From IMG/VR virus record IMGVR_UViG_3300029194_000007: a stretch of 42,455 nucleotides of DNA; one strand, 5' to 3'. This document shows positions 25,854 to 33,513 of the stretch, piece after piece (position 1 is the first letter of the stretch; each line of letters begins with the position of its first letter). The notes below the pieces were generated by a model. It saw only the letters and a list, made by a program, of their open reading frames with translations, did not search any database and had not been told where the DNA came from. The stretch comes from a virus. Made by a program: the position numbers and the translations under genes.

Positions 25854-27119
25854 TCATTCTTTTCCGACATTTTTTTCTACAACTTTACCAAGGTTTGCAT
25901 TCTGTTCCGGCTCTTGTATGCCATTCCCTTTAACAGCATTGCTTAATGTCTGCATATTCACCTGAATAAACGCATTATCCCCATCCGGTAATTTTGACAA
26001 CCCATGTTTTCGCCTAATTTCATTGGGTGTTATTGCGCCGGCATTGCACATTTCCCGATTATAAGTTGCTTCTGACGTCATATCTGCACGCAAAATGGCG
26101 GATGTATCGAACTCTGCAATAATACGTCCTCTTTCTGACGGAAGAAATACTTTTCGATTAATTTCCAATTCTATCTTGGTAATAACAGCCAACACGGTAT
26201 CCGTTAGATACTGAAGTTGAGTAGCCTCAACTGTTGAATAACTTGATTTCGACAAATCAAATGCCTTAACAGGGGAAACAGAGAAAAACCGGCACATGTC
26301 AATCACCTGGAATTGTCTGCTTTCTATAAACTGACTATCCCTAGGACTAATAGATATAGGCTGATACTTCATATTACCCTCTAACACAGCTATTCCATTA
26401 GGATGCCCTGTCACCGGATTAGTACGTTCTTCCCATGTTTGGTAAATCTGATCCTTCTGCTTTTTATCTACTCTTCCCGACTCCACAGTCAATATACCGG
26501 CTACACTACCGCCCGACTTGAAAAAACCCGCAGCATGTTCCTCCGCACTAGTAGATATATCAAGCGTCTGACGCGCATGTTCCAAGGTTGAGACGCCTAT
26601 GATACCATCATAGGAAAAATTCAACACGTGAATCATATCCCTTGGCTCGACCAGCTCTTTAAACCCAACAACCTGGTAACGCTTACGCATTATCCCTCTC
26701 TTGTCCTGTATCCATACAATGCTTACCTGTGATGAAGGCAAGTAAATCAATTGAAGTACATTCAGGTTATTATCACGCTCGATATAAGCATATCCATTCC
26801 CGGTCAGCAAAACAGAGGCCATAATTGTCTTGAAGAAAACATAGCGAGTCATGTCTTCATTTGGCTCCATATCAAGCAAATAATATACTGGATGGGATTT
26901 TGCCTCCTTCTTAAAACCATCACCATCTAATTCATACGTTTTCAAAGGCAGCACTGCGACACTGTCCGAAATCAAATCAACACAACGATATACGGTAGAG
27001 AGGAGCATAGGCTTGCTTCTGCTTTGCAATATCGTTCTTCCTCCTGTATAACTCCATGCAGTTACACGAGAAGTCTCTACTTTTGACGCTCTTCTTATTT
27101 CTAAACCAAATACTTTCAT
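25854..27119 (-). CDS. Portal protein (HK97 family)
   Basis: 421 aa, positioned between the terminase and the protease. The length and sequence pattern are portal-typical. Confidence 0.8.
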   Translation of the reverse strand: MKVFGLEIRRASKVETSRVTAWSYTGGRTILQSRSKPMLLSTVYRCVDLISDSVAVLPLKTYELDGDGFKKEAKSHPVYYLLDMEPNEDMTRYVFFKTIMASVLLTGNGYAYIERDNNLNVLQLIYLPSSQVSIVWIQDKRGIMRKRYQVVGFKELVEPRDMIHVLNFSYDGIIGVSTLEHARQTLDISTSAEEHAAGFFKSGGSVAGILTVESGRVDKKQKDQIYQTWEERTNPVTGHPNGIAVLEGNMKYQPISISPRDSQFIESRQFQVIDMCRFFSVSPVKAFDLSKSSYSTVEATQLQYLTDTVLAVITKIELEINRKVFLPSERGRIIAEFDTSAILRADMTSEATYNREMCNAGAITPNEIRRKHGLSKLPDGDNAFIQVNMQTLSNAVKGNGIQEPEQNANLGKVVEKNVGKE

Positions 27120-27127
27120 TTATCCAC

Positions 27128-27180
27128 TTTTATCAGATAACCTTTTTTTTGTCATACAAAGGATTCTATTCTCACGAACC
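27128..27180 (-). promoter_or_regulatory. Repeated late-gene motif, copy M4, plus CTATTCTCACGAACC extension
   Basis: The minus strand reads TTTGTATGACAAAAAAAAGGTTATCTGATAAAA, 8 nt before the portal ATG. The dyad loop is flipped relative to M1-M3. Confidence 0.45.
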
Positions 27181-27244
27181 GAATCCGCGAATTTCAGATT
27201 TATATTTATGGATTATTTTTAAGTGCCATTTCCCAAGAAGTTAT

Positions 27245-27907
27245 CTACATGGGTAGAATATCGGGGTGTCTCTGATAATACACTTTCGTTAATGCCTGTT
27301 TCAATTCCTGATAGTTTTTGATAAAACCAAGCTCAATCCATTGGGCTATCTGCTGCTCTAACTCGTATAACTCACGTATCTTAGCCTCATCACCAACTTT
27401 ATTACGCATTTCTGATTCATGTTTACCATAAACAATAATATTAAGTGATTTTGCCAAATCCCTAACCTTCTGTTTGAATAAGCCCTTTGGAAGAATAGTG
27501 TAAACCGCTGCACACATTCTAGGATATGCATCACCGGCAAGATTGCGAAATTTTATCATTTCGTCATATACAAATTTCAGTACCTTAACTTTGAAAGATG
27601 GATTAAGCCACATGGCAAAGTCTATAAAGAGCAATGGGTGCATCCATGTTCCGGCATTTTCACCCCTTGAAGCTTTCGATTTTACATAGGCAGAATTCTT
27701 CCCATGTAAATCCTCTTCTGATATTAAAGCTTTTATAAATTCGCCTGTTGATTTATTTTCAAAATAATGTTTCATCTCTTTCTGATTTCCAAGGCCAGCA
27801 TTATTCCACTGCTTTAGTAAATCAGTTGCATTAAAAAATCCATCTTTTGTCCGTTGGGTTACTTTAAACTCACCCATCGGACGAATCATAACCTGATTTG
27901 TTTTCAT
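27245..27907 (-). CDS. KilA-N domain protein (moron between the TerL and portal genes)
   Basis: 220 aa. The pattern FFNATDLLKQWN...GTWMHPLLFIDFAMWLNPSFKVKV matches the KilA-N DNA-binding domain. Confidence 0.65.
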   Translation of the reverse strand: MKTNQVMIRPMGEFKVTQRTKDGFFNATDLLKQWNNAGLGNQKEMKHYFENKSTGEFIKALISEEDLHGKNSAYVKSKASRGENAGTWMHPLLFIDFAMWLNPSFKVKVLKFVYDEMIKFRNLAGDAYPRMCAAVYTILPKGLFKQKVRDLAKSLNIIVYGKHESEMRNKVGDEAKIRELYELEQQIAQWIELGFIKNYQELKQALTKVYYQRHPDILPM

Positions 27908-27923
27908 AATTTTTCAATTTTGA

Positions 27924-27984
27924 TTATATCACTAACCAAAACTTTGTATGACAAAACAAAAAAAGAAGACTATTCTCGCGAACC
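27924..27984 (-). promoter_or_regulatory. Repeated late-gene motif, copy M3, plus CTATTCTCGCGAACC extension
   Basis: The minus strand reads GTTTTGTCATACAAAGTTTTGGTTAGTGATATAA, 16 nt before the KilA-N ATG. Confidence 0.5.
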
Positions 27985-28048
27985 ATCTCCTTTACATATC
28001 ATGAAAACCAAATCAAATCTCATTACAAACCTTATAAATGTATGACAA

Positions 28049-29671
28049 CTAATAAAACTCTCCATATCTCGGAGACATCAGATAAACGCCTAGAGCTTCA
28101 AGCATTCCAATCACACCATCTATCTTTTTTTCTTCAAATTGCTTACTTGGTTTAGTATTCCCATTCCTGTCACGCGCCATCACAACGTTTCTAAAGCAAT
28201 GGCGATTTATTACATTATTATCAACAACCGCCCTTCCTGATAACATCAATCGTTCCATCTCTTTTGTCGGACGATTGAAATTACCTAATGCCTGGCTAAA
28301 CTCCTGCATAGGCAATCCTTTCTCTTGGGCGTTAATCACAAATTGTGTAGCATTCCATGCATCATAAGCTATCTTCTGAATATATACCTTATCTCTTATA
28401 TCTAGTATATCGTTTAAAATATAATCATAGTCCGTTACATTTCCCGGTGTAATTGTAATTAAACCCTTCCTTCTCCATTCCCCGTAAAGCTCTTTAAATC
28501 TTTTTTCGCGCAAAGCCATTTCGGGCAAGTAGTACTTAACCTTGAAGTAATATCTATTCTCGGTCGGAAACATGAATGCTGCACAGGTCAAATCGCTCGT
28601 ACTGGAAAGGTCAATGCCTGCGTAGCAATCCATATCTCTAAAGTCTTCAAAATTCACATCAGAAGAAGAACTTAATATATAATGCTCCGGTATCCATACA
28701 GTTTCTGCATCACACCACATATTGATATTCTTCGTTTTTATACCAACCTCTTCTGACGGAGAGTTGATTGCCTTCTGAACCTGCTCGCGTAAATACTTAG
28801 TTTTTACAGTGACGCCCAAATTAGGATTGCTCTTCCCCCATACAGATTCATCCTTCCAATCGTCACCTTCATCCAACGAATAAATCAAGGCAAATATTGT
28901 ATCATCCGTTTTCAACCCCTTAAGAATTTCTGTACACATTTCCCGATATTGGTAACAAGGCCCTAACTTGTCAAAACCGGCAGTAGTTATAATGATACCC
29001 ATCGGATCATCGCGCATACCTTGCCCGGATTGAAGAACATCCTTTAGTCCTGAATTCTTCGCTGCATGGTATTCGTCAAGAAGAAACATTGAAGGGTTAG
29101 GCCCGTCCAATTTTGACGAATCCGCTGCAAGAACCTTCATGAACGATAATGTCTTATCAAAATTTATCTGATCTCTAAATGATTCTAAATACTTGTGTTT
29201 AGGATCAAGCCCTGATACAAAGTTTCGACACATCTTAAAACTTACTTTTGCCTGATCCTTGGAATTCGCTGCCAAATATACCTCTGCGTTGGCCTCTCCA
29301 TCCGCTATTAAATGATACAAACAAAGAGCAGCTGCAAATGCAGATTTTCCATTCTTTCGCGCCATCTCTATATAAACAAACGATGTAAGACGGTTCCATT
29401 CCCCGTTTTCGTCTTTTTTGTAAAAACCGTATATGTTAGCAACTGCGAATTTTTGCCACGGAAGCAAAATAAATGACTTCCCGGCATGCCTACCTGTATA
29501 ATGCTTTAGCAACGCAATAAAATCAATGGCATAATCTACCATCTCTTCTCTAAATTCAACATCTTCCCTCTCAAAGAGACAGTAGAACCTTTCCACAGCC
29601 AATTTGACATATTCACCAACCAATACCTTTCCGTCACGAACATCTGCTGCATACTGGTAATATTCCTTCAT
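28049..29671 (-). CDS. terL: Terminase large subunit
   Basis: 540 aa with a Walker A-like segment (EMARKNGKS), a Walker B (FLLDEYH) and a C-terminal nuclease region. The layout is Terminase_1-like. Confidence 0.9.
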   Translation of the reverse strand: MKEYYQYAADVRDGKVLVGEYVKLAVERFYCLFEREDVEFREEMVDYAIDFIALLKHYTGRHAGKSFILLPWQKFAVANIYGFYKKDENGEWNRLTSFVYIEMARKNGKSAFAAALCLYHLIADGEANAEVYLAANSKDQAKVSFKMCRNFVSGLDPKHKYLESFRDQINFDKTLSFMKVLAADSSKLDGPNPSMFLLDEYHAAKNSGLKDVLQSGQGMRDDPMGIIITTAGFDKLGPCYQYREMCTEILKGLKTDDTIFALIYSLDEGDDWKDESVWGKSNPNLGVTVKTKYLREQVQKAINSPSEEVGIKTKNINMWCDAETVWIPEHYILSSSSDVNFEDFRDMDCYAGIDLSSTSDLTCAAFMFPTENRYYFKVKYYLPEMALREKRFKELYGEWRRKGLITITPGNVTDYDYILNDILDIRDKVYIQKIAYDAWNATQFVINAQEKGLPMQEFSQALGNFNRPTKEMERLMLSGRAVVDNNVINRHCFRNVVMARDRNGNTKPSKQFEEKKIDGVIGMLEALGVYLMSPRYGEFY

Positions 29672-30051
29672 TTCTTAGATCTTGCACCTCTTCTAATAAA
29701 CTCTTCCAATGGGGATTTTTCTTCATTATCCGATTTCATTGCTTTTATGTTTCCCCTACTCTTGATGGTTAATCCATATTCAGTCATAATCTTCATGACT
29801 TGCGCATAATTCTTTGTCGCAATATTCTGAGCCGGGTGAGCTGCCTTTTCATACTTAATCATGATTACAGGACCTTCTTCCAACAATTGTTGCGTTGCGC
29901 GAAGATACATCTCATAACTGGTAGCCAACATTCGTAATGCGCCAAGGTCTATGTTTTGAATTGCCTTCCTCGCATTTAGTTCCTTAACTACATCTTTCAT
30001 AAATTTTTGAGCCTCATCGGATAAACCATTGGGCATAGCAAACTTTACCAT
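29668..30051 (-). CDS. terS: Terminase small subunit (P27 family-like)
   Basis: 127 aa with a 4-nt overlap onto terL. The pattern LRMLATSYEMYLRATQQL...AHPAQNIATKNYAQVMKIMTEYGLT is P27-like. Confidence 0.75.
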   Translation of the reverse strand: MVKFAMPNGLSDEAQKFMKDVVKELNARKAIQNIDLGALRMLATSYEMYLRATQQLLEEGPVIMIKYEKAAHPAQNIATKNYAQVMKIMTEYGLTIKSRGNIKAMKSDNEEKSPLEEFIRRGARSKK

Positions 30052-30060
30052 ATATCTTTT

Positions 30061-30087
30061 TTATAAAACCGCAATATTGTCATACAC
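30061..30087 (-). promoter_or_regulatory. Degenerate copy (M5) of the late-gene motif before terS
   Basis: The minus strand reads GTGTATGACAATATTGCGGTTTTATAAAAAA, 6 nt before the terS ATG. Confidence 0.35.
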
Positions 30088-30130
30088 ACTTTTATTTGTT
30101 AATAATTTAACAAATTCAAAATTTGAAAAA

Positions 30131-30178
30131 GCTCCGTGCGTGTGAAGAAGGGTGGGGCGAGGTTGGCAGCAGCGATGC
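30131..30178. other. GC-rich island in the HNH-terS gap: candidate cos site
   Basis: gctccgtgcgtgtgaagaagggtggggcgaggttggcagcagcgatgc stands out from AT-rich flanks. The HNH / gap / TerS order is the HK97-type cos arrangement. Confidence 0.35.
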
Positions 30179-30266
30179 AAATAAAAAAAGATCCCCCTAT
30201 CCCTTCCGTGCCTATCCACCGATTAACCCCCATCACCTTTTATCAACGCAGCCTCATTGAAGACAA

Positions 30267-30307
30267 TTTACTTTGCTGACGAAGATGCTCCGCAAGGCAA
30301 GATATGG
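30267..30307 (+). repeat. 41-bp repeat, copy B (inverted partner of 2114-2154); non-coding gene remnant
   Basis: tttactttgctgacgaagatgctccgcaaggcaagatatgg is 39/41 identical to the 3' coding end of gene 2078-2560. There is no start codon in frame. Confidence 0.85.
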
Positions 30308-30385
30308 CGGAATAAGAAAACCGAGGAAAGAACGATTAAAGCATCTTCCCCCGGTTGAGGCGCACCACTAATGAAATCGGACATC

Positions 30386-30706
30386 TTAAACCCCTGAATG
30401 TTTTTGGTTATGAATCATCTGATGATGCTTTTTACACAAACTCATCAGATTACCAATATCATACGCAAGAGCCATACGTTCCCATCTATCCTCTGTCTGC
30501 ATGAATGACTGTATGTGATGTATATCTTCCGCCAGGGTTGTCTTCCCCTCCTTTAAGCACATCTCGCATAAAGGATTGATGGAAAACTTTCTTTTCCTGA
30601 GTCTCTTCCAGCGGCTCGTATTGTATATCTTTCTGCGCTCAACATCATACATATTACTCGCTTTCTGAGCAACTTTCTTCGTTTTTTCTATAGTCGGCAT
30701 AAGCAA
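30386..30706 (-). CDS. HNH endonuclease (terminase-associated)
   Basis: CEMC...HHIQ...N...CKKHHQMIH is a zinc-finger HNH signature. A shorter start at 30652 (MYDVERRK) is possible. Confidence 0.85.
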   Translation of the reverse strand: MLMPTIEKTKKVAQKASNMYDVERRKIYNTSRWKRLRKRKFSINPLCEMCLKEGKTTLAEDIHHIQSFMQTEDRWERMALAYDIGNLMSLCKKHHQMIHNQKHSGV

Positions 30707-30977
30707 TCTCTTTTAATTCTTTGTTATCGTTTATCGTTTGAAATAGTATCATTTTAAATCGGAAGCAAAAATAATTAACCAATTCATCCTCTGGCATACC
30801 TACAGCTCTCTTGTCCTGAGAGACATAAATAACTGTATCTTGGAATATGTCTTCGTAACTTTTAGAGCAAAAGCACCCATAGTCCCGATAGCCACATAAG
30901 TTTTTTAATTTGGAATAATTACGCGCCAATAGAGTCATAACTCCATTGTCAGCCTTCCCGATTTTGATTTTTCTCAT
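30654..30977 (-). CDS. Small hypothetical protein with a sigma-70 region-2-like stretch (tentative regulator)
   Basis: 107 aa. YEDIFQDTVIYVSQD resembles ECF sigma region 2, which is weak evidence. Confidence 0.45.
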   Translation of the reverse strand: MRKIKIGKADNGVMTLLARNYSKLKNLCGYRDYGCFCSKSYEDIFQDTVIYVSQDKRAVGMPEDELVNYFCFRFKMILFQTINDNKELKEIAYADYRKNEESCSESE

Positions 30978-31143
30978 TATTTATCTTCCAATTGCCTGAT
31001 TTATCAATCAACTCTTCAATACAACGCATAACCATTCCACGTACGATTACTGACGTTTTAATACCGGTTATCCCAGTAAGTTCATTAAGTAACATTGATG
31101 TCCGATCATCTATTCTTACTACCAATCGTCTATCTTTTCCCAT
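30949..31143 (-). CDS. Ribbon-helix-helix-like small protein (tentative)
   Basis: 64 aa. RLVVRIDDRTSMLLNELTGITGIKTSVIVRGMV fits the beta-alpha-alpha pattern of CopG/Arc-type proteins. Confidence 0.45.
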   Translation of the reverse strand: MGKDRRLVVRIDDRTSMLLNELTGITGIKTSVIVRGMVMRCIEELIDKSGNWKINNEKNQNREG

Positions 31144-31181
31144 AACATATATGTATTAATTAACACCTCATCCATTACTTC

Positions 31182-31628
31182 CTAATTAGGGTGATGTGGT
31201 TGAATGTTCAATTCGTTTTCTATAAATTTCTGTAACTTATGGGCGCATTCCGAGCATAAGTCGGCTTCTTGGATGAATATATCTTCCCTTCCACCAACAG
31301 AGCCACCATCCCATTTATCCACCTTGAAATCCAATCTTGCGCTGCGGAAATACGATGGCTGTATCTCTCTTCCGCATGCATCACATATTATCGTTACTTT
31401 TTTCATATCTAACTTGTTACAAGTAAAATGTTTTCCCTTTTTGCGTCTACGTTGAAAATCCAACATAAATTTTTTCCTACCATTAAGAGTACGTGACATT
31501 TTAATGATCATATATATTATCAAAATAAATACAATGACAGATGAAATACCTACGGCAATCATATATGTACGTACTAATCCCGTTAATCCGGATTGATTCA
31601 AATAGTCAATAAGTTCTTTCATAATCAA
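31182..31628 (-). CDS. TM plus zinc-ribbon hypothetical protein
   Basis: 148 aa with an N-terminal TM helix, a basic linker, and CDAC...CSEC. It could be two genes, with an internal start at 31406. Confidence 0.5.
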   Translation of the reverse strand: MIMKELIDYLNQSGLTGLVRTYMIAVGISSVIVFILIIYMIIKMSRTLNGRKKFMLDFQRRRKKGKHFTCNKLDMKKVTIICDACGREIQPSYFRSARLDFKVDKWDGGSVGGREDIFIQEADLCSECAHKLQKFIENELNIQPHHPN

Positions 31629-31890
31629 TCTCCTTTCTCTTTAATTCGTTCCAGTACATCCTTGTTGGCTTCAATAGCTCATTAATGTTATCTATGACTT
31701 CCCCATCTGTCAACGTATCATCCAAGATGATAGATTTAATCTGATTTGAAAGCCATGATGTGCCATTTTCAAAACCAAGAGCAATCATGTCTTTAATATC
31801 GGAAACGCCATTCGGAATTCTGTTTGTCCCGAATGAATCAATTACTGATTCTGCATATTCTTTTGCTGATTCTTCTAACTTCTGTTTCAT
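31606..31890 (-). CDS. Hypothetical protein
   Basis: 94-aa ORF, operon-packed. Confidence 0.5.
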   Translation of the reverse strand: MKQKLEESAKEYAESVIDSFGTNRIPNGVSDIKDMIALGFENGTSWLSNQIKSIILDDTLTDGEVIDNINELLKPTRMYWNELKRKEIDYERTY

Positions 31891-31893
31891 AAT

Positions 31894-32238
31894 TTACGCT
31901 AATTCAATTATAACCTTTTTAAAATTAACATATAAAGGCATTTCTGACATGCCCCCATTGCAATCCAACTGTCTTAAAGAGGGAACAACCTCTCCGTTAT
32001 CATCAATCTCATAATCTGCAATATAGGCTAACTTCTTCACTTCGGGGACCAATATCCTTTCATTGTCCAAAAGAGAAAACCTTTCATGAGCCGGGACTGT
32101 TATACAAACCTTGCTTCCAATAGGGAATCCTTGGTTGGATTCAATGTATTCCTTTTCCAACTTCTCCTTTTCGCCATTCAAATCTTTTAGCGTTAAATCG
32201 ATGGCATCTCTTTTGCTCAGAAATTCTTCCTTATTCAT
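31894..32238 (-). CDS. Hypothetical protein
   Basis: 114-aa ORF, operon-packed. Confidence 0.55.
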   Translation of the reverse strand: MNKEEFLSKRDAIDLTLKDLNGEKEKLEKEYIESNQGFPIGSKVCITVPAHERFSLLDNERILVPEVKKLAYIADYEIDDNGEVVPSLRQLDCNGGMSEMPLYVNFKKVIIELA

Positions 32239-32253
32239 CTTTTTTGTGTCATT

Positions 32254-32736
32254 CTAATTGATTCTAACATACTTACCTGCTATATTACAAGTCCTTAATA
32301 TCTCCGCATTATCCTCGCCAAAAGCGATTAAGATGGAACCACAACCGGGTGAATCTCCACGAGTCCCGTCCGGGCGAAAGAAACGAATCCTATTGCGCAA
32401 AAACTTCATCGCCGTTGCTTTTTCAAAAATTATGTCTTGAAACATCTTTGAGTCGCAACGATTGAAAAGTAAAGCGATACCGTTTCCATGCTCTGCCATT
32501 CTGCTGATGAATTTTTCAATTAGAGGTCGGGAATAAGGTGGGTTTAGCCATACACGGCCTTTCCATTCCTGTTTTAACCCATCGACGTTTTTGTTATACA
32601 TCACCTTAGCTGTTTGCCATAGTGGGTTGACCGGGACACACGGATCTAAATCAAATTCACCCAACGCATCTATAATCTCCTTCGGTGTATACCATTCATC
32701 GGTAGCGCATGCTGACCGCTCAAATTGTGTATTCAT
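32254..32736 (-). CDS. Phage N6-adenine DNA methyltransferase (Dam-like, small)
   Basis: 160 aa with the DEWYTP and NPPYS motifs. Confidence 0.8.
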   Translation of the reverse strand: MNTQFERSACATDEWYTPKEIIDALGEFDLDPCVPVNPLWQTAKVMYNKNVDGLKQEWKGRVWLNPPYSRPLIEKFISRMAEHGNGIALLFNRCDSKMFQDIIFEKATAMKFLRNRIRFFRPDGTRGDSPGCGSILIAFGEDNAEILRTCNIAGKYVRIN

Positions 32737-32748
32737 ACCTGATCTGTT

Positions 32749-33483
32749 TTACTCTAATTGTTTATCGAATATCTTAATACATTCAAATAAATAGTGCGCA
32801 ATTATAGGTTGTACTGCATTGCCTATACACTCCGTTCTGTCCACCCTATCGGGAAGTTCATTAGACTTTCCAGCAAATCGGGGTGAGGGTATTGACTGTC
32901 TTGTTCTCCATCCCGGATATACTCGTGTATATTGCCCCGATAGGTAGGGCTTCCGAAATATCGATTCTTGGGTGCTCCTTTTGCCGTTGACTTCACAGGA
33001 GTAGGCAATACAATATAATCGCTCCCGACCCTGTTGTATACCAAAGTCGGTGCCTGATAAACATTGCCATTCTGCATCATACCTGATTTCGGAAAGGTCG
33101 CATAAGACCCGTTCAAATCCCCGAATAAGGAGCATTGGGCTGTTTTCAACGATGATGTATTTAGGTCTAACTTCCCGTATAACTCGGTACATCTCAGTCC
33201 ATAAGCCACTTCTTTCACCGACAATTCCGACACCTTTTCCAGCAACGCTGATGTCCTGGCAAGGGAATCCACCGCTGATGATGTCAACAAATGTTGGATT
33301 TGAATACGTTCTAATATCTCTGTTGATTTCATGGTTTTCTCCAAAATTTTTTTTGATTATACTTGCTTGATAGTCTTCATATTCGCAGCTCCAAAGCGTT
33401 TTTATTCCGGCAAACGCTGCACCCAAGCCGAAACCTTCTATCCCACTAAACAGGGAACCATGAGTCAATTTACTTTGCTTCAT
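32749..33483 (-). CDS. DNA (cytosine-5) methyltransferase, compact
   Basis: Motif I is LFSGIEGFGLG, IV is GGFPCQDIS, VI is ENSP, VIII is QQGRERLY, and X is IGNAVQP. A 173-codon +1-frame ORF is nested inside (see findings). Confidence 0.85.
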   Translation of the reverse strand: MKQSKLTHGSLFSGIEGFGLGAAFAGIKTLWSCEYEDYQASIIKKNFGENHEINRDIRTYSNPTFVDIISGGFPCQDISVAGKGVGIVGERSGLWTEMYRVIREVRPKYIIVENSPMLLIRGFERVLCDLSEIRYDAEWQCLSGTDFGIQQGRERLYCIAYSCEVNGKRSTQESIFRKPYLSGQYTRVYPGWRTRQSIPSPRFAGKSNELPDRVDRTECIGNAVQPIIAHYLFECIKIFDKQLE

Positions 33484-33513
33484 TTCTTTCTCTATTTTAA
33501 TTAATTACTTCCG

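Noticed and set aside
30268-30384. 38-codon minus-strand ORF starting 2 nt after the HNH stop (MSDFISGAPQPGEDAL...)
   Set aside because: It is the antisense reading of the gene remnant in the cos gap, short, with no motif. It is kept only as a note.
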